The notes under the pieces were generated by a model. It was not told the DNA's origin and searched no databases. It was given only the letters and a program-made list of their open reading frames with translations. A stretch of DNA of 64,000 nucleotides from Oculina patagonica (taxonomy: Eukaryota). Shown piece after piece: positions 37,851-51,360 of this stretch. A program made the position numbers and the translations under genes. The DNA is taken from NCBI RefSeq assembly GCF_052425735.1, contig NC_135767.1, positions 14,260,001-14,324,000 of the forward strand. The letters are read 5' to 3'. Every line of letters starts with the position of its first letter. Within the stretch, counting starts at the first letter, position 1.

Positions 37851-38384
37851 ATGTAGGTTTTTGAAAAAGTTTTAGAAAGAAATGGTCTAAAATACGAAGC
37901 AATTTTCATTTTAAAACCTGTGAATAAAATAGTTTAGGCGTTAAGCTTTGTAGTGAAGAAATGAAACGTTTATGTAAACAGATGTAATTAGAATTAAAAA
38001 TAGAGTCATTTAAAATGTACGTTTACTGCAAAAATAAATTAGTGTGATAATCAGCTGGTAGTATTGTAAATAAACACATTTTAGAGTTAAAAAAGCGTTG
38101 TGTTGTTGTACTAAGTATATAATATTTAACTATTGGACGAGTTTTATCAAAATGTGGTGATTTGTTCGTGGCAAGCAGATCAATTATTGGCCGAAGCTGA
38201 AAGCTGAGGCGAATAATTGGTCTGCAAGACACTGACAAATAACGATTTACAGTATATTGCGGAAACCGAATTCAATAATTGCTTTATCATTCGAAAACGA
38301 GTTGCCATTTTTTCTTCGAATTGGTCACAACTGCACTTGAGCAGAATATTTTTTTGCAAAAATTACTTTCGGATGGTAATGTGC

Positions 38385-38580
38385 ATGAGCAGCGCGCCCA
38401 TTATTTATAGGCAGTTATTTGCAGGTCACGTGGTGGGCTATTGACCAATGAAAAGGAAGGAAAAAGTGCATCGAATAATAAATATCATTCGATGCATTTT
38501 TTCTTCCTTTTCATTGGCCTAGAGCCCACCACGTGATCTGCAAATAACTGCCTACAAATAATGGTCTGCTCACGCGCATT
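38385..38580. repeat. Long inverted repeat (two opposed copies of an interspersed repeat)
   Basis: GGCAGTTATTTGCAGGTCACGTGGTGGGCT...CATCGAAT mirrored around ~38483. Confidence 0.7.
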
Positions 38581-38726
38581 AGCGTCTGACAGTGATATTG
38601 CTACAAATAATATTCTGCTTATGCGTAGGTATGCCGAAGGTACTTGTAGCGAGCATATCAATTATTTGCCGATGCCGAAGAATGAGGCAAAAAATTGATG
38701 TACTCGCCGCCACTGACAAACCACGT

Positions 38727-39490
38727 TATTATTCATTCAAAATATTTCTCTGTTTCTGATTGGCTTTCAATCCCCGGTTAATTCCAGCTAACCGGCTAGC
38801 GCCGACCAAATTTGGAAGAAGGTCCAATTATACGACGATTGACGTCATCGTCCAGTATCAAAAATTAATGGATCGCAACCTCGTTCCCACGGCATTAACC
38901 GATCGCAACCTCGCTCCCAAGGATCGCTGACGTCACGTAACTGAACGGCTTTGCTGCTGAAGCGCGAAAATGGCCGCTAGGTTTAAGCATTACGAAGAGG
39001 TAAAATATTTTAGTTATTAGAAGACAAGGAAAGTCAAAACACGGAAAAAGCAACGAAGGGGAGTCGATCGATTTTGAAAGCGTATCTTCAAGAGGAAAAA
39101 AAACCCTAATCCAGCCACAGCGGAGGACTTTTTTTTTTGAGCAGTTTTACAAAAATTCTACGTCGAAGTAAGCAAGAACGATGGAAACCTGTACTCGAAA
39201 ACATTGCTTTGTGTCATCAGATTTAGCTTTAATAGACACTTCAAGAAGTGCTAAATATCGACATTATAAAGAACAAGAAATTTAGTGAAGGTAACCGAGT
39301 TTTTGAAGTTTAAATCAAATTTAAAAGCGAACGTTGTTGTGTATTTGTGTACTTTGCCTACTGTCAAAACCCTATTAAATTTGTTTTGTGCATTTGGAGC
39401 TCTGAAAATATTTTGAATGAATAATAAAACAATTATTGAATTCGGCTTTCGTATGATATGAAGAATTATGCAGATCTCGGAGGGTGTAAT
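38727..39490 (+). mobile_element. Degenerate Crypton-like (tyrosine-recombinase transposon) element
   Basis: Broken frames at ~38970-39308 give LLEDKESQNTEKATK, VLQKFYVEVSKNDGNLYSKTLLCVIRFSFNRHFK and IDIIKNKKFSEGNRVFE, resembling the Crypton/KCTD1-ZMYM-associated N-terminal region; inverted TATTATTCATTCAAAATATTT ends. Confidence 0.6.
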
Positions 39491-41276
39491 TGTTAGTTAA
39501 CCGCTGTTTTTGTACAAAAAGGTATTCGTACTGAGCATGAGTAGAACATTATTCGCAGCAGCGACTGCAGCAATGTAAATGCCAACGTTGAAAATCAAAA
39601 TAATATTATTGATACAATCACATAAATATAAATAAAATGGAATGCAAATTTCATATAATGAAAGGGCCGAATAACCCCTAAAATTCTAGTAGCAACAATG
39701 GAAATTTCTCTTCAGAAAATAAGAAAAAAGAAACCTATGAAGAATCTAAATAGCCTAAAGTTGTGCTATCCATTCATGTAAGAACCTGTTTTGTCTAACT
39801 TGGGAAAATGCAGGTTCTTGATGATACTCGCGGGGTTTTACTGAATTATGAAGACATTATTTGGGACATAATACTATTGTTCGAGCATCGGGCATAATGC
39901 CGGCATAGTATAGTACGATTTATTTAGGGGGCGGGGGTGGGGGGATTGGGCAAATTACAAAAGAAAATTCTTGCACAAGAAAAATAGGAGAAAAAATCGT
40001 TTACAAGTAAGCATGGGAAAAAAATCAAGAAAGCACCACCTACTAAATAAATCTTGCAGAGGGTTATATTCTTAAAAATAATTATCTTGCAAATAGCAAT
40101 GTTGAAAAAATCTTACTCAGAAAAATTTCCTTACCTCCTCCCGCTTCGAAAAAATTAATGGTCGTGCCTAGTTCACTCACCGAAATCACGTCACCTGTCT
40201 AGCACGTGATCATAGAGACGATATCTTGTTACAGTTGGTGCTGACAGGTAACGCTATATTAGCTTGTTCTGTATTGGAGTCCATAGCTTTGTGCAGCATC
40301 GAAGGACTGGTTGAATCTTACAGGTTTGTTTCTGATACTGTTAACATTTATTCCCCACCCGTAGTCAAGAAATCAGTAGGAAAAAGTCCCATAGCCTTGA
40401 TTATGATCTCGAGTTCAATCGTATTTTATGATTATACTATAATTTATATTCAAGCTGAGCGAATCGAAGTTGAAGTGCAGTTTGATTTTAGAGTTAGCAG
40501 ATTGTTCGTGGCTTTCCATATAACCTACCTTTGACGGGTCTTTGGAGTCGAAGTGCGGTATGGCTTTGTTTCGCCGCTATAACAAGGTCGAACACTTATT
40601 TTATTTGTTAACACATGTACGTGTAACTATATAATGACTGATCAAGTTGATCTCTTGCTTGACGCTAGCGTGATCATACGAACTTGATCTGATTTGACAC
40701 GTAATACTAACGGGCTTTAGTATGCAGTGTAAGTTTATAATTGAGTAGCTTCGTAGCGTGTGGGAATTAGTAAGAAAACTCTTTAGATGTAAGTGTTAAT
40801 TTTCACAGCCGTGTTTGTCGACAGTTTAAAGGGGGCTAGGTCACGGCATAGGTAATTCCAAGGCGGCCCAAGCTCACGATGAGAGTAGTTGAAATAATTT
40901 ATATAATGCTCTTTTGAAATACGCGAAACGTGACTCTTCTAAGCTGTGGAGGGCCGAAATAATTCGAACTGGCATAACTCGCTTAAAACGCCCCGGATCG
41001 GCCTGAGAACCGAGATAATAACAGACATAACAACAAGACATTGATGTAAGTTGATTTTATTGCATAATATCATTATATATAGCTATAAATTCGAAAGCGT
41101 TTTCTCCCATACAAACCTTTATAAATACGAACCGTTGTAACGCAACACTTCCATTTGCCAACAGGCGAGGGTCACGTTTCGCGTGTTTCAAAAGAGTATT
41201 ATTAGCGGAGCTCCCAGCGGCCCGAAGAGCCGCAGAGCAGAGCCCCATACCCAGCAAAAAACAGATGACAGGCCTA

Positions 41277-41686
41277 CCGTATTTATTCGATTAAGCGCCC
41301 TGGGCGTCTATTAAATGTTTGGACCTTGAGAGTGGGCGCTTATTCGAGACTGGGCGCTTATTAAATGTTCACGATTTTCAGCAAATAGTGAGTTTATTTT
41401 TCGTAACAAAACAATTTATAATAATAACAAAACGTTAAGATGTACCAAAGCAGAATTTAACTGTTCATTGAAAGTTTCTGTAAAATACTAAGAAAACTTA
41501 GTAGTACTAGTCAATTTCAATAATTAATACTCCTCTTGTGCACTTCAGTTTTCTGTGGGGTGGGGGGGGGGGGGGGGGGGCGCTTATTCGAGGCTGGGCG
41601 CTTATTAACTTTTCCTACCTTGTGGGTGGGCGCTTATTCGAGGTGGGCGCTTATTCGAGGTTGGGCGCTTAATCGAATAAATACGG
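41277..41686. mobile_element. TA-flanked MITE
   Basis: TA|CCGTATTTATTCGATTAAGCGCCC ... GGGCGCTTAATCGAATAAATACGG|TA; internal GGGCGCTTATTCGAG repeats. Confidence 0.85.
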
Positions 41687-42570
41687 TACACAGACTCCTA
41701 CTTCGTGACATTTGTACAAAGTAAGCCGTTCGGTAGAATTGGATTTGGTCGTCCAATTTATTTTGATGTTTCAAAGGTGTTTAGAAAGGGCACTATGCTC
41801 TGTCAGTTGTATTATAAGGAGGCGATTTTAGGTTAAGTAGAGTCGAAAGAGTGCAGCTCAGCAAATGTGTAGAGGTGAAAGATCGGCACAGTTTCCCGTT
41901 AGTACATTTTGACACCTCCGTATTAATTTTTGCTATTGCTGTTAGTCTTGGCTCATTCATATTCGCAAGATATATTTAAAGCTCTCAAAATGTTCGCTCT
42001 GGAAGGACACAGGTCTTATTTTCCGTGAATATGTTGATTATATACTTGCATTTTATATTTGCAAGGCCGGGCCCGGCTGTTTATGATGTTGCAAGGTGTG
42101 TTGCTTTTCCGTCAGGGATGACATATTTATTTCTGTCCAGTTTAGCCAGAGACTGCGTAGCTTTACTTCGAGAAAGCTATTGCTTTGTTTTAGAGAGACG
42201 TTACTGGGTACAGTCGTTAAGGTTATGTATCTTGCATCAATTTTACCGAGCGTTTAGTCTTTTGAGCTCGATGTTTTAGGTTTTCACCTCAGTCCGTTGT
42301 TCGTTTTGTGACATTCTTGCACCACAGGATAAATGTTAATAGATTTAACAAATATCGATCTACCACACGCAAGTCGGTTGACTTTTTTGCGAGTTGTGTA
42401 TGCCACTGTATATAATAACCTGAATTCTACGCGCATTTTGATTGCTTCTTAGACTTACTTATGATCTATTAGAGTACAGACACATGGATGACGTCACGCG
42501 GTGGAGTGACTCGCGCGCGTGATCAGTACACTTCAACTGAAGTGTACTGAAGTCTTGTGTTATTATATAA

Positions 42571-42757
42571 AACAAATAGATTCCATTTTGCCGTGGGTCT
42601 GTTCAGTTATAGATCACAGAAGACGTCAAAATGTGGTATGAACATCAGTGACCCACTCGCCTACGGCTCGTGGGCCACTTTCCTGTTCATACCACATTTT
42701 GACGTCATCTGTGATCTATAACTGAACAGACGCACGGCAAAATGGAATCTATTTGTT
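42571..42757. repeat. Fold-back repeat with ~74-bp arms
   Basis: AACAAATAGATTCCATTTTGCCGTG...GTGGTATGAACA and its reverse complement. Confidence 0.75.
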
Positions 42758-43315
42758 AAATATTTCATATTTTTCTTGGTCAGCATGGCTAGCGGTATGG
42801 TTCGCGGGCACGTGCGCCCTAGCGACGAGACGATGCGATGTTGCCCCATCATGGCGGCCATACTCCAGAAATAGGTTTAAGGTTAAGCTTATGGTTAACG
42901 TCAGTTTTCATCTTTGATATTGGACATCCATGTCATGGTCAATTGACAGCTGTCAAAACAAGGTATCCGCTGACCGGTATCACATGACCATATCGCGGGC
43001 TCACACATAGAACTCATCAAGGTCGAACTGGTTTACATTGGATCGCGTGCTCAAGTGCTCTATTTTTTCTGTTGTCGGTCAGTAAATTCGGATTTTTGAA
43101 GGGTGAAGTAAATAACCAACTCACAAGTGGTTCAATGACTGCTCCTCCAAATGATGACAAAATCAGCTTTAGCAGTGAAAGGAGTAAACATGTTGTGTTG
43201 CGCAGAGTATAGATAAGTTGGCTTACAGTTAGATTTATTATTGTTAAACGTTACATTTCTGAGATATATCGCAAAATAAATGTATGTTTTATCCCATCCA
43301 CAGACACCAGTAAAG

Positions 43316-45666
43316 ATGGGTGAAAATCAGATTGACCTACCTCCTCGACCTCTGGGTTTTGAATATATGTGTATAGCCATTCGTGAAACAGATAAAATGC
43401 GTGTCATTCTGGGTACAGATCGTGAGATAAGAATCATCCGCCAAGTTGTTGAAGAATCATGGCCTAAAGGTATACAAGAAGAAATTTCCAAAATGAATGG
43501 CGTGCATCAGTTTAAGTTGAAAGGGAATCCATTCTCGATTATTTCATCATCAACTGAAGCAGAAAACTCCAGGAAGATGGCAGCAAATGTCCTACACAGG
43601 CTCTACCGAGATGGATGGAGGCTTCAGATGGCTGGTAACTTTACGCAAACAACAGACCTTGCTACCTGGATCTTCAAGAAAGACCCAGTTGGTGTATGGC
43701 TATCCCTACCACTGCTCATTGTGGGCCTTAGCTGCTTGAAGAGTTTGATCGTACTGAATGCACCGATGGAGCTTCACCAGATGTTCAAAGATGTCATGGA
43801 GAAGACCTGGCCAAAAGGAATAGAAAAATGGTCTTATAAAAATTATGTTTTGAAGATCAAATTGAAAGGCTATCCATGGTGTGCAGATGGAGAGGAAACA
43901 GTCCATGCAACAGTGATCATCCATACCCTTGTGAATGAGCTACTTATGAGACAGTGGAAGTTATATGGAAACTTCAACCTTAGAAGTAGTGCGAACACCC
44001 TGTTTTTCGAACATGATCCGAACATTGCTCCCGTGCTGCAGCCTATCCCAGAACACTTCACAATTAGCTTTAACGGCGAAAACTTGCTTAGGCTGATTGG
44101 CAATACGGAGGTCTTGTTGCCTCCTGTCCGAAATGTACTTCAAACCTTTTGGGACAGAGAAATCCAAAAAGAAGAACGCTACGCCGAGAGCTGGCAGTTC
44201 AAGCTACATGGAACCCCATGGTGGACATCAGGTCTGGATGCAGCGAACTCAAGACTTCTGGTCGTAAAGCTGCTGGAAGCCATGCAAGCAAACGGGTGGA
44301 GTGTTGTTGCTGCCATTGATTGCTCAAAGAAAACGCAAGATAAAAACAGCCTGCTCTTCAGACAGTCCCAACCAAGACAGTCTCCATTTTTTTGCATAAG
44401 CTTGAATGAGACTGACGAACTGCGACTGATAAATGCACCAGAAGATGTTACAGAGGTAGTTCATTGTGAATGTGGTTTTACCCTTACTTCCCCATGTCAG
44501 TTCTCAATTTCGAAATAAACAGAAAGTAGCCTTTAAAGACAAATTATTAGCACAGTGAAAACAATGCTTAGTGGTTTCCATTTAAATGTTACACTCAGGC
44601 TCTGGGCATTATTTTTTTCAACTCTTTTTCAGCGGTTGGAAGTGATGAAAAACTTCTCTTCTTGTTTGATATAGCTTGCAAACAGGCTCCCAATTATGGC
44701 GGCTCCCTCCCTCCCCCCAGGCCACGCGCGGCTCACTTCACTCCTAGAGTTTCGAATAAATATATGTTTAAACTCACTCACAAGACAGAATATCTGGATC
44801 AATTTAGGTTTCTGGGAAACTGCTCACCTACCCCTCCCCAAACCTAACATTAACCCTTACTTATCGCTTTGGGCAAAATGCTAGGTTTGGGGAGGGGTAG
44901 GTGAGCAGTTTCCCAGAAACCTAAATTGATCCGAATATCTTGACAAACCAATTTTTACGCTGCGCACGCAATATTTTCGGCACCAAAACGTGTAGCCTTC
45001 TCCCCCAATTTTTGCTGCCCGCCTGCTCTACCGCCTATAGAGAGGATCACTTGTACATACCCAAAACTTTTTGACCTTGTTAACTGACTCAATATTTTAA
45101 CATTAACACTTTATGCTCATTTATCTTGTGTTATTCAGCTTTGCCAAGAAGTTATTCAATCTCAGTATGTCCTTGGCGTTCGAAGGACACAGCTTTACGG
45201 CACCAGTCTTGAGTTCAAACTAATGGGCAACCCATGGAGCTGTGGACATCATGGTCATGATGGAATCCACGGCAGAAATTTGATATGCCATTTAATTTCT
45301 GCTCTGGCAAGCCGCTGCTGGAAGCCAGTCATATCGATAGAAGTGTCAGCCAAATATGTTTACCAAGACAAAGGTGAAGATTATCCATTAGATGTGGATA
45401 GTATATTCTTCACATATGACCCCACAGCAGCGCAAGAAACAGCACCAGCTCCTTACGCCCAGCCACCGCCTCATGGATTACTTCCACAGGGTGGACCAGC
45501 ACCACCATTTGGCGCTCCCCCTCCGGCTGGTGCCCCTCCACGGCCATTTGGCGCTCCCGCACCAGTTGGTGCCCCTTCCCCGCCACTTGGCGCTCCACCT
45601 CCGGCTGGTGCCCCTCCCCCGCCATTTGCTCCCCCAGCCTACGGAGCATATCCACCACCTCAGTGA
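43316..45666 (+). CDS. Uncharacterised 555-aa four-repeat protein, copy B
   Basis: Coding exons 43316-44455 and 45139-45666, the same lengths (1140 + 528 nt) as copy A; acceptor at 43303; likely 5' UTR exon ends at 40323; frame intact. Confidence 0.88.
44796..44932. mobile_element. 137-bp MITE with 8-bp TSD
   Basis: GAATATCT|GGATCAATTTAGGTTTCTGGGAAACTGCTCACCTACCCCTCCCCAAACCTA ... perfect inverse |GAATATCT. Confidence 0.85.
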
Positions 45667-46816
45667 TGTAATCTGGAACAGTTGTCAGTACCCAGATGGG
45701 GTCTTGTATATAGTATGATGCCCAAGCAGAGCCTTGTTTTTAGTATCAAAACAAGGTTTTACATGTAGTTACTAAACATGGTCCTGTATATGGTGCACAG
45801 ACAGGAAATGCGTTCAAAGTAAAACCAGTCAATAGGATTTGCTGTCAGATATAATAGACACATGATGCATAAGAAAAAAAAAATGTTGAAATTGTGCTAT
45901 TCCAGAAAATTTCCATCCCCCATCCCAGTGAAAGGTTTTGGTTTGGAATCCATGGGCCACCCCTCTGGAAATCCTAATTTCGGAGATCCCCATGCCCTAG
46001 GAGTTTTCCAGGGATTTTTCAATGACCTTTCGTTGAGCCGGTATGGATATTTTTCTGGAACCACTCATTGTATACATGGAGCAGTGGCGTGTTATTTTTG
46101 CATTACATAAGCAGTTCTTAGATAGGGTTGATAGGTTAAATTATATTAAAGAACCCTTGCATTGCCTTGTATAAAAACATTTTACACTAATAGGGCTTTG
46201 TTTTACTGAAAGGCATTGTAATGATGCATAAGGGTTTTTTGTTTTTACTTAAATGTATCCAAAACTAATATCTCAGCTTGTTTGCAAGCTGATTGATTTG
46301 ATTGTACGATGTTTGATTATCGGTCAATCAGTATTTTATATTAAAAGCACTCTGACCAAATTATAGGATCTTTCTCGAATTTGTGCTTTATCTTATGACC
46401 AAAATCCATTTTAATAGGGATTAAACAATGTATTTTATAGTAAACAGTGTCAACAATCATTGAAGGAAAGTAGAACTATATTAATTTTCTCAGGTTGGAA
46501 CACTCAGCTCAAAAGCTGGTAACCAGAGAGACGAAAAATATGGTACATTATTACAGTTTTCAGTGACATTAAATCCTCAACCATCGGTTTACGCTTTTTG
46601 CTGCCGTCAATCATCTTAAATAGTGTAGATAGAATGTCATTATTTTCAATTTTCTTATTTAGGGAAACGTTATAGGGTCAACCTCGTGTTTCCCTTTTCA
46701 AGATGTATTTTTAACATGTTTTTCTTTCATCTTAAATAATTCAACCGGGTTGGTAGTATTTGATCCATTTTGTTTGTTGCAATCTGTTTTTCATGGTTCG
46801 TTGGCTGTCGCCATAA

Positions 46817-48313
46817 GGGACGGACCATTAGAAAAGTGATGGGAGGGGGGGGGGGGAAAGCAAAAAAAAATTCACGCAAGGCGAAATGCCAAGAAAAAAT
46901 TCGTGCAGAAGGAAAGTTACTATTAAGCACTAAAAACACCTGTAATGCTACACTTGATGAGATCAACTTTTCGACGAAATATATCAGGGAGAATGCTAAA
47001 AATAGCATTTCCGAACCTAGAAGTTTCAAAATTTTCTGGGGGAGCATGCCCCCAGGCCCCCTATAGACAAGCGTCTCCAGCGCTCAACTTCTAGTTTCAT
47101 TAAAGCAAATTACATTAAGCCTGGCTCCCAGACAAGCAAAACATTTCTTCCCATACGCCGATGGTTATAGAAAATTCACCAACATTTGTAAGACATTCGG
47201 TATAAATTGCCGTTAACAAGTGCATAGGGTGAAGAAAACAATCAGTATATACTAGTTATGCAACGCTTTCGAGTGGTATACTACGGAATATCCCACGAGT
47301 CACTTGTATTTTCTCGGTATACACACGAGCCTTTAGGCGAGTGTGTATACGAAGAAAATACAAGTGACAAGTGGGATATTCCATAGTATACCACGAGAAA
47401 GTGTTGTGTAACTATTTTATACCATGCCATAGAAAATACGCTTACTAAATTTCATCGAGAATAAGATCGCAGCGCACGATGGGAAGGTTGAGTTGAATAC
47501 CGTCGAATATACAACTGCTTTCCTGTATTCTGATTGGTTGTATTTTCTATGGCATGGTATAAATCATAGTATAAAATAACAGTACATGGCATTTGATTTT
47601 AATCATTCTTAATATTTTTTACAAATATAATGATAAAGATGGCCTTTAAGGGACTGGTCAATATGTGTGTGTGTGGAGGGAGGGGGAGGGGGGGTGTCAG
47701 CCGGAGTAGAAAGGGGGTGGGTCATGTTGTTTTGGTCTTTAACATAGAGGGTGAGGCATTTTAGTGACTTTAAACTGTTATAATCACAAGAAAATCCCCA
47801 GTGGTATTCATCAGTATAAACTGATAAATGTCTTGACGTGAGCAGTTTTAGATGTATTTCTAGCGATTTCAGAAGGCCCAATTATAAAAATTTCCCGGGG
47901 GAGCATGCCCCTAGCCCCCCTAGATGGTTTGTGATCAAAGCATCACTTTTGGTGGGCTCTCTCCAGCTGCCTCTTTTCCAATTGCTCCTACCCACCTCCC
48001 AGTACTTTGATATTGACCAGTCCCTAAAGGATTAAATCAATGAATAACCACATTTTTAGGGAAATATTCAAACTATTTAGCAAATGATTAACAAAGCAAC
48101 ATTCGTCAAAAGCATGGTATAAAGTAACAATACATGGCATCCGGTCTAAAAAACTATTTGTCTAAAAAAAAACATTTGTCAAAAAAAAAAATTCGAGCAG
48201 AGGGTTACACCTGCAAAAAAAATTCCTGCACAAGCAATGGGCGTAAAAAAAAAAATCCTGCAAGACGAAAATCCCCTACCCCCCCCCCTATCACTTTTCT
48301 AATGGTCCGTCCC
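46817..48313. mobile_element. Harbinger-type MITE with a nested Harbinger-type MITE (47650-48024), within a larger block-B-specific insertion (~46548-48400)
   Basis: TAA|GGGACGGACCATTAGAAAAGTGAT...ATCACTTTTCTAATGGTCCGTCCC|TAA; inner TAA|GGGACTGGTCAATA...TATTGACCAGTCCC|TAA. Confidence 0.8.
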
Positions 48314-48763
48314 TAATATTATGATAGACGGCAGCGAAAAACGCATTCGTTAGTTGGATTTTGAATTTTAGAGTTCGCATTTCACTGAAAACCGCAATAA
48401 AATGGTCTAAAATGTGATAAGCTAAAAAGGTTTAAAGAGGTTAGTTCTTAGGTAATATATTCTCAAAAATAACTGATACCATGCTAGAAGTTGAAATACA
48501 CGGCAAAATCAGTATAGTTAATTATCTCATTTTGTCTAGAAGTTTTTGTTCATGACGTAAGACTTGTTTTTGTTGTTTTGTTTCCACAGATTTTAGCTTG
48601 AGTACATAAAAAAGCTGTAGGATTTAATGTCAGATATACATTGTGTTGTATATCAATGAAAAACGTTTAAAATCATATTTAGCTTGGTAAAAGTTTTTGC
48701 TTTGAATAAGCAGATCTCAGGTAGCTTTCATAAATTAATCCATGTTGTTAGGCAAATCGAGTG

Positions 48764-48928
48764 TAGCTTGCGTAGAAGGTAGCCTGCGAACGCGCGAGCA
48801 AGCAGCGAAGCCGCGACAACGAGCGGTGAAGCTGCAAGGGGCCTAGGGAGAAGGAAGGCCCCTCGCGGCTTCGCAGCTTGCTCACACGTGCGCTTTGGCT
48901 CCAACAAAACCGCCAGCTACATAGGCTA
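48764..48928. mobile_element. MITE with 9-bp TSD; empty site present in block A (~26033)
   Basis: AATCGAGTG|TAGCTTGCGTAG ... CTACATAGGCTA|AATCGAGTG. Confidence 0.8.
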
Positions 48929-51360
48929 AATCGAGTGTAATTTTAGTTCTTTAAATAAAAGGGAAGATAAAAAGCTGTGACTTTAAGGAATTATATTAAA
49001 CTCTTTTTATATAACTATTTTAATTACTAAACATTAGCTTTTAACTCTATTTTTATAACTATTTTAAACAATTAGATATTTTATAGTTTTAGAAATTGTA
49101 TTTAGCAGGGCCCCTCTGGAGACCAGCCACTGTGCTGAATGGGCCACCCTGCATAAATAAAGTTTTACTACTACTACTACTTCAAGCAGCTCGCGAGAGT
49201 GATGACTGTGAGAAAATCCCTGGAACCCCCCACCAAAAAACAAACAAACAAAAGCAACCAAACAAACGTTAGGCAATTAAAACACTTGGCCAATTGTCTA
49301 CCTGGAATTGATAACGGTAATTTCGGTCAGAAGGACTGACGCTCGAAACGAAAGCATCGGAAATTCTACACAGCGTTTATAACCTGTCTACACTGAAAAA
49401 GGCTAAGGCGGTTATAGCTCAATGATACTACCTAAAGAACAGGGTAACTGTATATAAGTTCGGTAAGCATGAATCGATTCCCTAAGAGTCGTAAACGATT
49501 TCAAACAACGCCTGTGGAAAATTAATGCACGCGCGCGGCGACCGAAACCAAGTCACCGAAAGGCTGGGCGTGCGAAGTGAATGGAAACACATTGGGTCTC
49601 CTGACACTCGATTTTTTTTAACCTCGCATAAAAATTAAAACCGTTAGTCGATTATTGCCAACGAGGCAGCCGAGCCAAGAGGCGAGGCTGTCGAGGCGGC
49701 AGAATCATAGAGCCGTGTGCGTGTGAGTGTATAGGCAGAGAAAATCTTACGTTCTGCGTAAGGGACTTTTTTTTTGACCATATTTGGGTGTAAGTAAACC
49801 CCATATTTGGGTTGTATTGTTCTTCCCAACTGGTTCCCAGTCTCTCTCTTGTTGCTAAAGAGAAGATGACCAAAATGGCGTCCACGCGGCTCGCTGTTAA
49901 AATTTTCTGTGTGGTCATTCACTCCTTTTACGATAAATACACCTTTATGGAACTCTTAACGGAAAGAGGATACCCTACAGAATACTCTATTGCCGAAAAA
50001 ATGAACATCAAGGTCTCCAAAGCGATGAAATAATCTTTCGACTTTGGAGTCCTTTGATTTCTGAAGAGTGACACGAAAATCAAAAGCGGACTGTTGACTT
50101 CAAATGGAGTTTTCTTGACTTACGAGAATGCCACGGTCGGGTAAATGCTACCTTTATTCGCTTTAAGTGTTGCTTTTGTTTATAGCAATTGTTTAACCGA
50201 TAATTTCTTACGAACAAACATGAATATTTCGCTCGTTGGCACTTACCGATAGGTACAACTAGTTAATTCTTTATTGCGCAAATTTTTGTGAAGTAACAAA
50301 ACAAACAAAGTTTTTAGTTTATGAAGAAACTGTTGTGATGCAGCAAAAGAAGCACCGTTGATTATCAATTGGAAGTTGGATTACAGCCTGTAAAGTAAAC
50401 AAACTGCCGTGGCGAATTTGGAAACTACGCTCCCACGAAGCCTAGCGCTCGAAACGTCAGTCTTTTTAAATTCGGCTAAGGCGGCTTATTTACCTTTATC
50501 AATGAATATCAAGACGAATTTATTTTGTTGAGTGCGACCTTTCCTAGTACTAAAATATGGTTGTTGCTATTTAAACTCCTGTTCTATTTTCAATTTTCAT
50601 TTGCGTTTTATTTACTAGCTTGATGTTTATTTTCTGATCGTATTTGATAACATCGCACCTATGAACATTTAACAAAAGATCAATAGAAGCACTGCGTGTA
50701 TTATAATTGTCAATTAAGCTTATTGAGACATTATTGTTTGCGCGTGTCTTTGCGAAGTGAGAAAATGTCACAAGGAAAAACTTTCAAACTTTCCAAGAAA
50801 AACGTTTTAAAACATGATTGTTTTTTCACCATTCTGGCGGCCACCTAGCTTTGATGTTACAAATCTACACAATGTTTTTTATTATATTTTTGCCATGTAA
50901 GGATAACAAGATATTTAGTTACGAAATCAGTCTTTAGAAAACAAATTTCAATTATAAATTGTTTTTATTTAAATTGTAACCCCTTTTATGAAAGGATCGA
51001 GAAAAGACTAGTCTAAACCAAGCTTCCTCGAAGAAAAAAGTTTACTCGGCAATTTTTTTTGTTTTACATGGCACAAAAGAACACTCGCAGTTGTTTACAA
51101 ACTTAATTCTAGCGTGCTTCAATAAAGACAAAGAGTTTTTTATGTTGATTAAATTTATGTTAGTTTACGTTTTGGAAGTGTGACTTCTCGCTAATGAGTT
51201 GATTGACAGTTTTATTGTTCCTATAACGCCCGCCCACTTGTGAAAAACCATTTAAAACAGAAGGCGCGCGAGTTCTATAACAAATCTCGCTTGACTTGTA
51301 AAGAGAAACAACCTCTGCGTTAGTAACTCTACTGTGAAAACGAAAATTGAATTTGAAAAC

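Noticed and set aside
43280-43315. Upstream ATG extending copy B to MYVLSHPQTPVK
   Set aside because: The ATG lies in the intron before the conserved acceptor at 43303; copy A supports ATG 43316.
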